From Candidatus Borrarchaeum weybense (GTDB taxonomy: Archaea > Asgardarchaeota > Sifarchaeia > Borrarchaeales > Borrarchaeaceae), in NCBI GenBank assembly GCA_019057385.1, contig JAHQJS010000004.1, forward strand, positions 980,727 to 1,044,726: a stretch of DNA of 64,000 nucleotides, written 5' to 3'. How positions within the stretch are numbered: position 1 is the first letter of the stretch; the number at the start of each line of letters is the position of its first letter. A program made the position numbers and the translations under genes. Under the pieces are notes generated by a model, which searched no databases, was not told the origin of the DNA, and saw only the letters and a list, made by a program, of their open reading frames with translations. This document shows positions 29,006 to 38,947 of the stretch, one piece after another.

Positions 29006-29323
29006 TTAAGGGTTTAGAGCGGTAATAGCTTTATCAGGATAGAATTTTATGATGGTCTCAAAATCGACACAGGGTAATATTTCATACTCCAGTAGATCCA
29101 TCCAATAGCGATTAAATGCCGATAAATCCCTCATATCACCCTCAGCCACATAGACACTCGTAGTTTGACCGTAGGCGCTAGGAAAATCCCATGTAATGAA
29201 ATTTAACCGTTTAAAAGCTTCCGTAGCTGCTGAATCCTTTCCCTTTAGAAACTCTGCAAAGCGTTGTAAAACCGCTGGCGTTTGTTCAGGCTTCCATCTA
29301 GATATTCCAACAAATCTTGGCAT
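29006..29323 (-). CDS. Small ferredoxin-like-fold protein (DUF3303-like)
   Basis: MPRFV..RWKPE start, W.DL..YEILP; GGAGG RBS. Confidence 0.55.
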   Translation of the reverse strand: MPRFVGISRWKPEQTPAVLQRFAEFLKGKDSAATEAFKRLNFITWDFPSAYGQTTSVYVAEGDMRDLSAFNRYWMDLLEYEILPCVDFETIIKFYPDKAITALNP

Positions 29324-29476
29324 TTTTTCATCCCCTCCCTATTCTGGGTACTTATAAAGCGCCCCTCCTCGGCGCCTGGAGGTGTAAGAGTCATGTTTCC
29401 CTGAGAATCATTCATACAACTCCTCAGGTATCGACTCTCTTTCGACTGGGGGTGAAATCACCCCCTCCCCCACGAC

Positions 29477-29600
29477 TTGTCATAGTACAAGTTTTGATAG
29501 ATCGTTTGTCGCTATATGACAAACAACTTATCAGTTTATGACAAGTTAAATTACTATATATGACAACTTATATATATAGTTTTCTTTTACAAATGACAAA
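29477..29600. promoter_or_regulatory. Helically phased operator array (TTGTCA-N5-TGACAA half-sites)
   Basis: ATGACAA at 29516, 29538, 29560, 29593 (spacing 22, 22, 33); inverse TTGTCAT at 29477. Confidence 0.6.
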
Positions 29601-29783
29601 CTTGAATTCACTCTTAGTCAAGGAATATCAAATAAGTACAAATTCAAAAGAATATCAAAAAAAGAACTGAGCAGAAAGGATACACGATCATGTAGGTATT
29701 ATATGACCAAGTTTTCCTTATATTAGACTTCTGCTGGCTACTAGTACCAAAAACAGAAGTACCAAACAAAAAAGGTTACTGGC

Positions 29784-31514
29784 ATGTCGAACTCGTCATT
29801 AAGATCATCTACTCCCTTCCGAAAACTCTCTGAACTTGGAGAACAAATTGAAGCTGCCACAAAACGTCTAAAAAAGATGTATTTGGCAGGTGAGTTCCTT
29901 GACAGCATACCTCTAGAAGAGGTAGAAGCTGCGTCATTACTACTAATCGGACAACCGTTTCCCCGCACTAGCCAGCGAACATTAGATCTCGATTGGTCTG
30001 CCCTTTCTCAGATCCTTCAAGAGTTACTTAACCCTCCTCCGAACACGATAAGCCAATTTTTCAGCGAAACTGGTGATATAGGTGAAGTAGTTCGCCGAAT
30101 TTACCAAAAATCTGGTGGAATCCGACAAACAACTCTATTCAGTATCCCGCTGACTATTCTAGATGTCTATCAAACCTTTTCAGAAATTGCTGATATTCAA
30201 GGATCTGGTTCTCGCAAAAGAAAAATGACTTTACTTCGTTCCCTCTTCACTAGAGTGACTCCACTCGAAGCAAAATACCTAACAAAGCTTCTTTTTCGTG
30301 ATCAACGAATTGGCTTTAGCGAGGGGATGTTAGAGAGTACCATTGCACGCAAATATAACGCGCCTTTGGAACTTGTTCAGCGAGCAAATATGCTTCGTGG
30401 GAATGTTGGCGAATTAGCACGTATTACTAGAGCAGAAGGTGTCGATGGTCTGCAAAAAGTGAAACTTCGTCCGTTTACGCCCCTTCTTCCTATGTTGGCT
30501 GCCCGAGCAACCGATATTGATGATGTTTTGCAGCAATATGATGATGAGTGGGCCTTCGAAATGAAACTCGATGGCGCCCGCGTACAAATCCATCTGCAAG
30601 AGAATAATGGGGCAACAGAAACTCGTATATACAGCCGTCGACTTACCGATGTTACCGCTAGTTTGCCAGATGTAGTTAATTTAGTCGAACAGGAAATAAG
30701 TGTATTTAGTTGTATTCTTGAAGGCGAAGTTATAGCTCTTGGACCTGATGGACGTCCATTACCATTTCAAAATCTTATGCGACGATTTCGACGGATTCGG
30801 GAAGTGGAAATGATGACTGAAAAAATACCCGTCACTCTTTTCCTTTTCGATTTGCTAATGTTAGACGGTGAGGTGCTAATTGACTCCTCATATGGAATTC
30901 GAAGAGAAAGCCTAAGTTCTATCTGTGGTTCGATTCCGCTCGTTTCCCAAATTGTCACTAGAAATACTGAAGAGGCAACACGGTTTTTCCAAAAAGCAAT
31001 ACAAGAGGGTCACGAAGGTCTTATCGCCAAACGTATTGATAGTCCCTATAAACCTGGTAGCCGGGGAAAACTGTGGTTAAAGATAAAACAAACAATGGAG
31101 ACTCTTGATTTAGTGATCATTGCTGCAGAATGGGGAACTGGTCGTCGTCATAAATGGTTATCAGATTATCACTTAGGTGCAAGAGATCCAGAAACCGGCG
31201 ATTTTCAGATGTTGGGTAAAACTTTTAAGGGGCTAACAGATGCAGAATTTGAGGAAATTACACAACGCTTATTAGAGCTTAAGATTGATCAACCCGGCAG
31301 AATTGTAGTTGTCCAACCACAAATTGTAGTTGAAGTTGAGTATGATGAAATTCAACGTTCACCCCGATATTCATCAGGAATGGCACTCCGATTTGCGCGT
31401 ATCAAACGTATTCGCTATGACAAGACTCCCAATGAAGCTGATACCATTCAAAGGGTTCGATCACTTTTTGATTCACAATTTAAGCGGAAATCACAGTCGG
31501 ATGAAGTGGGATGA
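29784..31514 (+). CDS. lig: ATP-dependent DNA ligase
   Basis: EMKLDGARVQIH adenylation motif, LEGE, FDLL, EGLIAK, WLKIK, LRFARI..IRYDK. Confidence 0.95.
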   Translation: MSNSSLRSSTPFRKLSELGEQIEAATKRLKKMYLAGEFLDSIPLEEVEAASLLLIGQPFPRTSQRTLDLDWSALSQILQELLNPPPNTISQFFSETGDIGEVVRRIYQKSGGIRQTTLFSIPLTILDVYQTFSEIADIQGSGSRKRKMTLLRSLFTRVTPLEAKYLTKLLFRDQRIGFSEGMLESTIARKYNAPLELVQRANMLRGNVGELARITRAEGVDGLQKVKLRPFTPLLPMLAARATDIDDVLQQYDDEWAFEMKLDGARVQIHLQENNGATETRIYSRRLTDVTASLPDVVNLVEQEISVFSCILEGEVIALGPDGRPLPFQNLMRRFRRIREVEMMTEKIPVTLFLFDLLMLDGEVLIDSSYGIRRESLSSICGSIPLVSQIVTRNTEEATRFFQKAIQEGHEGLIAKRIDSPYKPGSRGKLWLKIKQTMETLDLVIIAAEWGTGRRHKWLSDYHLGARDPETGDFQMLGKTFKGLTDAEFEEITQRLLELKIDQPGRIVVVQPQIVVEVEYDEIQRSPRYSSGMALRFARIKRIRYDKTPNEADTIQRVRSLFDSQFKRKSQSDEVG

Positions 31515-31551
31515 ACAAGTTTTTCTGAGTAGTTATTATTTGCGAGTTTAG

Positions 31552-32982
31552 GTGTTAAAATTGAATCAAGAGTCTGAAGATTATCTTCAATTATCGAAGA
31601 AGCAAATGAAAAAACTTGGTTATCAAACCATAGACATGATTGTCAAGCATTTTGAGGAGCTTAGAAATAAACCAGTTACACGAAAGGCATCTCGTTTAGA
31701 CATGGAACAAACATTTCGGGAGCCAATCCCTGATCATGGCACGAATCCAGAGCATATTCTCGATATTATTGAAAAGGAAATTTTTACAAATATTATGTAT
31801 ACAGATCATCCCCGTTTCTTTGCATTTGTGCCAACGGCAAATAATTTTATAAGCGTTCTAGCTGATGCTCTAGTTGCTGGGTTTAATCCTTTTGCTGGTA
31901 CATGGCTAGAAAGCTCTTCAGCGGCTCAAATTGAATTAGTGACAGTTGATTGGTTAAGAAGAATTTTTGGAATGCCAGAAGAAGCGGGAGGATTATTTTT
32001 AAGTGGAGGGTCGGCTGCCAATTTAATAGGAATTGCAGTAGCTAGACGCGTAAAATTAAAAGATCGAATTGCTAACTCTGTTGTTTATTTTTCAGATCAA
32101 ACTCATTCATCCGTTGAAAGAGGTCTAAAAGTTCTTGGATTTTCTGAAGAAAATTGTTGTAAACTCCCCTCAGATGATAATTTTCGTCTTTCGATTGAAA
32201 TGCTCTCACAAAAAGTTAAAGAAGATAAGATAAGTGGCAAGATTCCCTTCTGTGTCGTTGCAAATGCAGGAACTACTAATACGGGTTCAGTTGACCCATT
32301 AAATGACTTGGCAAGTTTTTGTAAGAATGAAGGTTTATGGTTACATGTAGACGGTGCATTTGGTGCAGCTGGAATTTTAGATTCGAAAGGGGAAAAACTG
32401 TTGCAAGGCATAGATCATGCGGATTCTCTTGTTATTGACCCTCATAAATGGTTTTTCCAGCCCTATGAAATCAGTTGTCTACTTGTTCGAAATAGTATGC
32501 TACTTAAAGATACGTTTCGCATTTTACCAGAGTACTTGAAAGATACTGATAGATCAAAAGAAGAAATTAATTTTTGTGATTATGGAACTCAATTAACAAG
32601 AAGTTTTCGTGCCTTAAAATTGTGGATGTCGCTAAAATGCTTTGGCCTAAATGCCTTTAGACGTGCTGTAACAAAGGGATTCAAAATAGCCGAATATACT
32701 GAACATCTTGTTAGAGAAAATCCTTTACTTGAAGTTATAACACCCGCGCAAATGGGGATTCTTACATTTCGATTTATTAGTGATTTACCTGATGAAAGGC
32801 TAAACGAGTTAAACAGAAGCATAGTTGACAAAATAATAATCGATGGATATGCTATGGTCGCTACCACTCAATTAAGAGACAGGGTAGTTCTCAGAATGTG
32901 TACGATAAACCCTCGGACTACTGAGGATGATATTAGACAAACATTACAAAGAATAACGAAGTTCGGACAAGAATTATTTTAA
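31552..32982 (+). CDS. PLP-dependent group II amino-acid decarboxylase
   Basis: HPRFFAF, SGGS.AN, AGTTNTG.VDP, WLHVDGAFG, DPHKW. Confidence 0.9.
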   Translation: MLKLNQESEDYLQLSKKQMKKLGYQTIDMIVKHFEELRNKPVTRKASRLDMEQTFREPIPDHGTNPEHILDIIEKEIFTNIMYTDHPRFFAFVPTANNFISVLADALVAGFNPFAGTWLESSSAAQIELVTVDWLRRIFGMPEEAGGLFLSGGSAANLIGIAVARRVKLKDRIANSVVYFSDQTHSSVERGLKVLGFSEENCCKLPSDDNFRLSIEMLSQKVKEDKISGKIPFCVVANAGTTNTGSVDPLNDLASFCKNEGLWLHVDGAFGAAGILDSKGEKLLQGIDHADSLVIDPHKWFFQPYEISCLLVRNSMLLKDTFRILPEYLKDTDRSKEEINFCDYGTQLTRSFRALKLWMSLKCFGLNAFRRAVTKGFKIAEYTEHLVRENPLLEVITPAQMGILTFRFISDLPDERLNELNRSIVDKIIIDGYAMVATTQLRDRVVLRMCTINPRTTEDDIRQTLQRITKFGQELF

Positions 32983-33031
32983 TTTCGTCTCCTTTTACGC
33001 AACTTAAGGTAAAACTCAGTATAAAAAAGAA

Positions 33032-33745
33032 CTATTTAAGAGCGTCAAGGACTTCTTCATAAGTAAAACGGTTTCGATAGAAGGCTTTTCCGATCACTGC
33101 TCCGTAAACACCTGTTCGGGCTAATTCCACCACATCTTTAACCTTGCCAATGCCTCCTGCTGCAACGACAGGTATGTTCACTGAACGGACCATGTTTTCC
33201 GTGTTTTCAATATCAGGTCCAGTAAGCATGCCGTCCCTTTCTACCGCTGTAAAAAGAATTGATCCTGCTCCTTTGTCTTCAATAACTTTAGCTAAGTCAA
33301 AGGCAGTAAATGTTGATACGTCTCTCCATCCCTTGATTGCAACCTTACCTTGCACATGATCTAAAGCAACCATAATGTGTTTCGAACCGATTTTTTCCTT
33401 TAACATTGTAATCATTTCTGGATTTTTCACAGCTGAAGTACCTATGATAACGCGTTCCACCCCAAGTTTGTGCAGTGTCAATGCTTTTTCGATATCGCTG
33501 ATTCCACCTCCAACTTGGAACTCGGCGTCTACTTCTTTCACTATAGCTTTTATGATCTCTATATTATCTCCCAAACCTAATGCGGCATCTAAATCGATTA
33601 TATGGATAGTTGTAGCACCCTGTTCCCACCAATATTTTGCGGCATCGATTGGATCGTTATAATATGTTTCTTCCGTTCCAGGTTTACCTTTAGTCAATCT
33701 AACACATTTCCCTTCTCTGAGATCAACGGCTGGCATTATTTGCAT
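33032..33745 (-). CDS. hisA: ProFAR isomerase
   Basis: PAVDLREGKCVRL, HIIDLD, QVGGGI, RDG.L.GPD, AAGGI. Confidence 0.92.
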   Translation of the reverse strand: MQIMPAVDLREGKCVRLTKGKPGTEETYYNDPIDAAKYWWEQGATTIHIIDLDAALGLGDNIEIIKAIVKEVDAEFQVGGGISDIEKALTLHKLGVERVIIGTSAVKNPEMITMLKEKIGSKHIMVALDHVQGKVAIKGWRDVSTFTAFDLAKVIEDKGAGSILFTAVERDGMLTGPDIENTENMVRSVNIPVVAAGGIGKVKDVVELARTGVYGAVIGKAFYRNRFTYEEVLDALK

Positions 33746-33780
33746 TATTTAACACCTGATTTTCTACATTGAGAAATAGC

Positions 33781-34401
33781 CTATTTTTTAATGAAATCAA
33801 CGAAGTTTTCTAGCATCTTCAAGCCGACTTCACCACTTTTCTCTGGATGAAATTGAGTGGCAAATATTTGCCCATCTGAGATAATTGATGGAAAAGTAAC
33901 ACCGTATTCCGTTTTTGCCATTATTAAGTCTTCTTTTGTAAGATTGCTATAGTAAGAATGGACAAAATAAACAAATGAACCATTTTTAATTTGGGATCTG
34001 CCATTGCATAATGGATTGTCTTTCTTAACGATTTCTAGGTCATTCCAGCCGATTTGTGGAATTTTCACAGTATCTGGTAGTTTGACTACTCTTCCTGGAA
34101 GCAGGTCCATCCCTTGATATAGTCCTCCTTCTTCACTTTCAGTAAAGAGGAGTTGTAACCCTAAACAAATGCCAAGAAGTGTTTTTCCTTCGTTTACTGC
34201 ATCTTTTATTGGTTCTATGAATTCTTTCAGATTGTTAATTGCATCACGAAATGCACCAACGCCTGGGAGGATAACAGCATCCATCGATTTTATCTCACTT
34301 GGTGTTGTTATGATCTGTGGTTCGCTTCCTGCTTTTCTCAGCCCATTAGATATTGAACGGAGATTTCCGGCCCCATAATTAATAATCGCAATCCTAACCA
34401 C
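33781..34401 (-). CDS. hisH: Imidazole glycerol phosphate synthase, glutaminase subunit
   Basis: YGAGNL.S, LPGVGAF, GICLGLQ, YFVHSY, QFHPEKS. Confidence 0.95.
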   Translation of the reverse strand: MVRIAIINYGAGNLRSISNGLRKAGSEPQIITTPSEIKSMDAVILPGVGAFRDAINNLKEFIEPIKDAVNEGKTLLGICLGLQLLFTESEEGGLYQGMDLLPGRVVKLPDTVKIPQIGWNDLEIVKKDNPLCNGRSQIKNGSFVYFVHSYYSNLTKEDLIMAKTEYGVTFPSIISDGQIFATQFHPEKSGEVGLKMLENFVDFIKK

Positions 34402-34976
34402 TACAAAACACCTTTCGTTGATGGAATTTCAGATTGTATATCATCGAATCGTACAGCATCTTTAAGTGCTAATGCAAGTGCCTTGAATGCGGCTTCTGAG
34501 ATATGATGATTGTCATCTCCTGTAAGCGTAGTAAGGTGCAAATTCATAATGGCATTATAGGTAAACGAAACGAGAAAATGGTATACGTCTTGAGCAGTCA
34601 CATCTTCGACTTTTGTTGACTTAAAATTCAATTCAATGTTGTGCCAAGGTCTTCCGCCTATGTCCACGACTGCACGAACTAAAGCATCATCCATCGGGAC
34701 ATAAGCACTTCCAAAACGTTTAATTCCTTTTTTATCTTTCAGTGCTTTATTAAAAGCTTGACCCAAGCATATACCAACATCCTCGATGATGTGGTGGGCA
34801 AGATCACCTTTAGCCGTAATTTGCATATCAATTAAAGAATGTTTCGAAAGAGCTGTTAATAAATGATTTAAGAAGTGGAATTCAGTATCAATTTCACTTT
34901 TTCCCATTCCGTCTAGTTCAATTTTAACGGAAATGTCAGTTTCTTTCGTCTTTCGAGTTATTTTTCCAACTCGCAT
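34401..34976 (-). CDS. hisB: Imidazoleglycerol-phosphate dehydratase
   Basis: RKTKETDI, HHIIED, PMDDAL, NHHISEA.FKA, PSTKG. Confidence 0.95.
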   Translation of the reverse strand: MRVGKITRKTKETDISVKIELDGMGKSEIDTEFHFLNHLLTALSKHSLIDMQITAKGDLAHHIIEDVGICLGQAFNKALKDKKGIKRFGSAYVPMDDALVRAVVDIGGRPWHNIELNFKSTKVEDVTAQDVYHFLVSFTYNAIMNLHLTTLTGDDNHHISEAAFKALALALKDAVRFDDIQSEIPSTKGVL

Positions 34977-35377
34977 ACATCATTCCCCTTTGTTTGTTAA
35001 TAGTTTTCAACTATCCAAAAACTGAACAGGTAACCTACAAAAACTTTGTTTTTATTTAATAAAGAAACATAAAATTCGAGATTCTATGTGAAGTCTGTTA
35101 GTTTATGAAATTAACTAAAACGAGTATCATTATTAGTTGTGTGAACTTATAATTGTAAAAGTCTATGAACGAATTTTTAATGCTCATTACTGGAGTTGAG
35201 CGAAATAGATCAAGAGAAGATGGACAATCCTTGGCTTGAATTACCGACTGACGCTCCTCTTTATTGCTTGCTGAGGATTTGCCAGTAATCAACGCTTTCA
35301 ATCAAGAAGTCAAAGCAAAGCAACAAGAAGAGTTTATAATTAGGATCGATTGTCTTCCAGAGAGTTTCTAGAATTAA

Positions 35378-36019
35378 TTAAGGAAAAGGTTCAACAAAAA
35401 TAAATCGTGCAACGTCTGGACCGAGAGCTAAGAACATACCTCGTACGTTGATCCGCACAGATCCCTTAATATGGGAACCTTTCTTGACAATTATTTCTGT
35501 CTCGGGCGTCATACCTAACTCTGCCAACCGTCGAAGTAAATTTCTCTTTCCAAACATAAACTTTAGAAGCACTCTTTGCCCTCCTTCCACCATAGATAAT
35601 GGAATAACGTGCTCTATGCGATCAATCGACGGACTTAACAGTCCATCTTCAACAAACTTTTTAATTTCATAATCATCCAAATCATGCGCGTCATGCCAGT
35701 GTTCATGCCATTCCTTAGCACTTTTTAATTGTCCGTACCTCCTCCTTTTACGCCTCCTTTTTGGAAAGAGAAATTTATCGTGGATATATTGCTGTCGATG
35801 AATTTCTATTTGTTCGCTTCCCTTATCCGTAAGATATAGTTTTCCGCCGTTGGCCGTTACATAATTCTGTTCTAATGCGAAATCAACAACCTGCTTCATC
35901 ATAGCAGGTAATACGTTAAGTTCTTCAGCAATTGCCAGATAGTCTTCATCTTTATATGACCCTTTTGAGCCGATCAATTCTAAGAAACATTCCATTAATT
36001 TTTTTATTCTAAGACTCAT
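35378..36019 (-). CDS. wHTH + His-rich linker + FeoA(SH3) protein, DtxR-like architecture
   Basis: IAEELNV..LTDKG wing, WHEHWHDAH, RRLAELGMTP FeoA domain. Confidence 0.65.
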   Translation of the reverse strand: MSLRIKKLMECFLELIGSKGSYKDEDYLAIAEELNVLPAMMKQVVDFALEQNYVTANGGKLYLTDKGSEQIEIHRQQYIHDKFLFPKRRRKRRRYGQLKSAKEWHEHWHDAHDLDDYEIKKFVEDGLLSPSIDRIEHVIPLSMVEGGQRVLLKFMFGKRNLLRRLAELGMTPETEIIVKKGSHIKGSVRINVRGMFLALGPDVARFIFVEPFP

Positions 36020-36348
36020 CCCTTTCCCTCCACACTATCAGAATGTGCCTGACGCATGCGCGTTACTTTACTGATAAATTTTGATCCTTTATTTGTAAGT
36101 AGATATAATTTTGTAGATAACCCTCCAAGCGATTTGTGGCAACCAATGCAACCATCAGAAGTAAGGATTGAGCAGTTAATTGGCTCAAAAGTGACATTAG
36201 CATCACCAAGTAATTTTAAATATTTCTTTTGGATTAAATGCTCGATCATACTCTCAATAACATGCTCGTTAACATTTAGATCTCTTTTGAGTTCTTTTTT
36301 GTTTACAAATTCTTTTTCTTTTATTATTTTTAGTAATTCAATGATCAT
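36016..36348 (-). CDS. feoC: FeoC-like winged-helix protein
   Basis: wHTH with Cys cluster in the wing (C-X7-C-X2-C), downstream of feoB. Confidence 0.65.
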   Translation of the reverse strand: MIIELLKIIKEKEFVNKKELKRDLNVNEHVIESMIEHLIQKKYLKLLGDANVTFEPINCSILTSDGCIGCHKSLGGLSTKLYLLTNKGSKFISKVTRMRQAHSDSVEGKG

Positions 36349-36433
36349 AATTCTTGAAACATCCCCAGGTACGTTATAAAAAAGTGATTGTCAAAAATAA
36401 AAAAGGAATTGGAAAGAGGAAAGACGAACACAG

Positions 36434-37810
36434 TTATCCTAACCCCAGCGCTAGACCAATCTGGAATATGGCAGTAGAAAGACCCCATGCCAGCGCTATT
36501 CCATATAGCACAGCGAACGCAGTCCATTTCCAAGAATTCGTTTCTTTTTTAATGACGGGAATAGTTACCAGGCACGGTATATAGAGCAAGGTAAATACCA
36601 TTAAACTGTATGCTGCCAATGGTGTCATAGACATTTGGAGAGTTGCTACAAGTCCTTCTTCACTTCCAGCGCCGTACAAGATTGCAAACGTGGCAATGAC
36701 AACCTCTTTTGCCAAGAATCCAAATATTAGCGCCATAGATGCTCTCCAGTCCGCACCCATTGTAGGCTCTAACACTTCTGCCAAACCGCTACCTATCATA
36801 CCAGCGATACTTTCTTTACCTCCGTACTCTACACCCTCTGGGAAGTACGCTAAAGCCCAGATAAGTATGACTAGAAGCACAATGACTCCTCCAGCCTTTT
36901 TCAAAAAGGTGAATGCACGTTCCCAGGTTGCCATTAGCACCCCCCTGATAGTAGGGGCTCTATATGGCGGCAGTTCCATCACAAATGGAGCAGTTGGTCC
37001 AGGCAATAAGAAGTGCCTGATTGCACGTCCTACGAGTACGACTAATATTAAACTCAGAATCACTAATGACCAGACTACTAGCGTTGCATGTAACGGTACA
37101 AAAAGTGCGGCGCCAAGGAAAACGAAAACTTCCAATCTCGCTGCACATGGGATTAGAGGGTTTACCATGATGGCAATTAGTCTATCTCTTCTCGTCTCAA
37201 GGGTTCGTGTCGCCATGATTGCGGGCACGTTGCATCCAAAGCCAAGCAATAGGCTAATGAAAGTCTTTCCATGAAGCCCCATTGCGTGCATAACTCTATC
37301 CATAACAAATGCTGCTCTTGCTAGGTACCCACTCTGTTCCAGAATAGTCAACACAAGGAAAAGTAATATGATAGGCGGCCAAAATACAAATATTGAACCG
37401 ATACCAGCTATGATTCCATCAACAACAAGTCCAATAAGCCATGGTGGGGCACCACCTGCCTCCATTGCTGCTGTTACAGTTTCACCGAGCACGCCGAAAC
37501 TCTCATCGAATAAATTGATGAAAAGGCCTCCTACATTAAACACGAATACAAACATTAAGTACATAATTCCCAAAAAAATCGGAATTCCTAAAACCCTGTG
37601 TGTCATAATTTTATCGATCTTATCAGAGAGATTCTCGACTTCAACTGATGGCTTTGTTAAGGTCTTGTTGACGATTTGTCCTATACGGCGATATTTCGCA
37701 TCTGCAATTATAGTCTCTAAGCCGTCTTCATATTTTTCTTTCAAATCTTTCAGAATGATTTCTGCTTCATCATATATGTTTCGCCGTTTTTTAGTATATA
37801 CTGCCGTCAC
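36434..37810 (-). CDS. feoB: Ferrous iron transporter B, membrane part (split gene)
   Basis: GYLARAAFVMD, GFGCNVPA, PC.AR, MELPPY, AKEVV, LYIPC. Confidence 0.9.
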   Translation of the reverse strand: MTAVYTKKRRNIYDEAEIILKDLKEKYEDGLETIIADAKYRRIGQIVNKTLTKPSVEVENLSDKIDKIMTHRVLGIPIFLGIMYLMFVFVFNVGGLFINLFDESFGVLGETVTAAMEAGGAPPWLIGLVVDGIIAGIGSIFVFWPPIILLFLVLTILEQSGYLARAAFVMDRVMHAMGLHGKTFISLLLGFGCNVPAIMATRTLETRRDRLIAIMVNPLIPCAARLEVFVFLGAALFVPLHATLVVWSLVILSLILVVLVGRAIRHFLLPGPTAPFVMELPPYRAPTIRGVLMATWERAFTFLKKAGGVIVLLVILIWALAYFPEGVEYGGKESIAGMIGSGLAEVLEPTMGADWRASMALIFGFLAKEVVIATFAILYGAGSEEGLVATLQMSMTPLAAYSLMVFTLLYIPCLVTIPVIKKETNSWKWTAFAVLYGIALAWGLSTAIFQIGLALGLG

Positions 37811-38499
37811 TCTTCTTCACCTCCAATACCAAAAACGGTCTTAAGTACATCTGGGTCTTCTTCTAGGAGTGCAACTGCAAGCCATCGTATCGAATATTTT
37901 TGCTTCAGCCCTGAATTATGTTTCTCAATAAGGATTTCAAGTTCAGAAATCTTTGATTCCACGTCACGCCCATAATCGATATTCCTGTAATTCATTCTTA
38001 TCTTCCCACTTGCTACATTGGCAATAGTTTCCAATAGTTTTTCCATCCCTTCCTTCTTAGTCGCTACAGTCGGGACCACAGGACAACCTAATTGCTGTGA
38101 TAGCTCCTTAACATCAATTTTGTACCCTGATTTCTTTGCTTGGTCCATTAAGTTTAGCGCAATAACTATCTTAGCACCAAGTTCGATTGTTTGAATGGCA
38201 AGATAGAGATTTCTTTCGAGATTGGTGGCATCAACGATGTCAACCACTACGTCTGGCTTTTCTTCGATGATAAAGTTTCTAGCGATCACTTCTTCGATAG
38301 TATATGCCGAGAGAGAGTATGTACCAGGAAGATCCACGAATTTAATTCTATAGTCACCGTAATTACAGATCCCTTCTTTCTTTTCGACAGTCTTGCCTGG
38401 CCAATTACCTACCTTTTGACGGGCACCTGTGAGATTGTTGAAGACAGTACTCTTCCCTGTGTTTGGATTTCCTTCTAACGCAACTACAATCTCTTTCAA
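37807..38499 (-). CDS. feoB: Ferrous iron transporter B, soluble GTPase part (split gene)
   Basis: GNPNTGKS, NWPGKTVE, DLPGTYS, NLMD. Confidence 0.9.
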   Translation of the reverse strand: MKEIVVALEGNPNTGKSTVFNNLTGARQKVGNWPGKTVEKKEGICNYGDYRIKFVDLPGTYSLSAYTIEEVIARNFIIEEKPDVVVDIVDATNLERNLYLAIQTIELGAKIVIALNLMDQAKKSGYKIDVKELSQQLGCPVVPTVATKKEGMEKLLETIANVASGKIRMNYRNIDYGRDVESKISELEILIEKHNSGLKQKYSIRWLAVALLEEDPDVLKTVFGIGGEEE

Positions 38500-38564
38500 A
38501 ACAACTTCCCTCCACTAAACTTCCTTTTTCGTTCAGCAATTGTTAGGATAATTGACTTCATTGG

Positions 38565-38798
38565 TTATATGACCTCCACAAAAACGTTTTTAGCTTCTGC
38601 ATTTCGTAGAGTAAGGTGATATCCCTTCAAAAGGAATTGCACAGGGTCACCTAATGGTGCAACTTTAATCACCTCGATTTTGGTCCCTGGAACGATACCC
38701 ATATCGCGGATTCTACGGCTCACTGGTCCTTTGCCTTTAACTGCCTTGACTATACACTTTTCTCCGGGTTTCAACTTATTCAATGTTTGTTCGGTCAT
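38565..38798 (-). CDS. feoA: Ferrous iron transport protein A
   Basis: RRIRDMGIVPG, APLGDP, L.LR..EA. Confidence 0.92.
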   Translation of the reverse strand: MTEQTLNKLKPGEKCIVKAVKGKGPVSRRIRDMGIVPGTKIEVIKVAPLGDPVQFLLKGYHLTLRNAEAKNVFVEVI

Positions 38799-38878
38799 TT
38801 CTCATATTCTCCGTTCTTATTTTCTAAAAGACATAGATTTCAGAGTATTTTACGGTGAACGAATAGTCATTAGGAGTT

Positions 38879-38947
38879 TTAGGTGTACTAACTTTTTATA
38901 TTTTAGGGATACCTAACTTTTTATATTTTAGGGATACCTAACTTTTT
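38879..38947. promoter_or_regulatory. 25-bp tandem repeat containing DtxR-type boxes (TTAGG-N4-CCTAA) upstream of feoA
   Basis: ctaactttttatattttagggatac x2.4 (38888-38947); palindromes at 38903-38916 and 38928-38941, degenerate box at 38879. Confidence 0.7.

Noticed and set aside
37807-37810. feoB frameshift pseudogene
   Set aside because: Stop/start overlap (GTGA) with a strong RBS suggests a functional split gene.
38888-38947. 25-bp repeat as a mini-CRISPR
   Set aside because: Units are directly adjacent with no spacers and contain operator-like palindromes.
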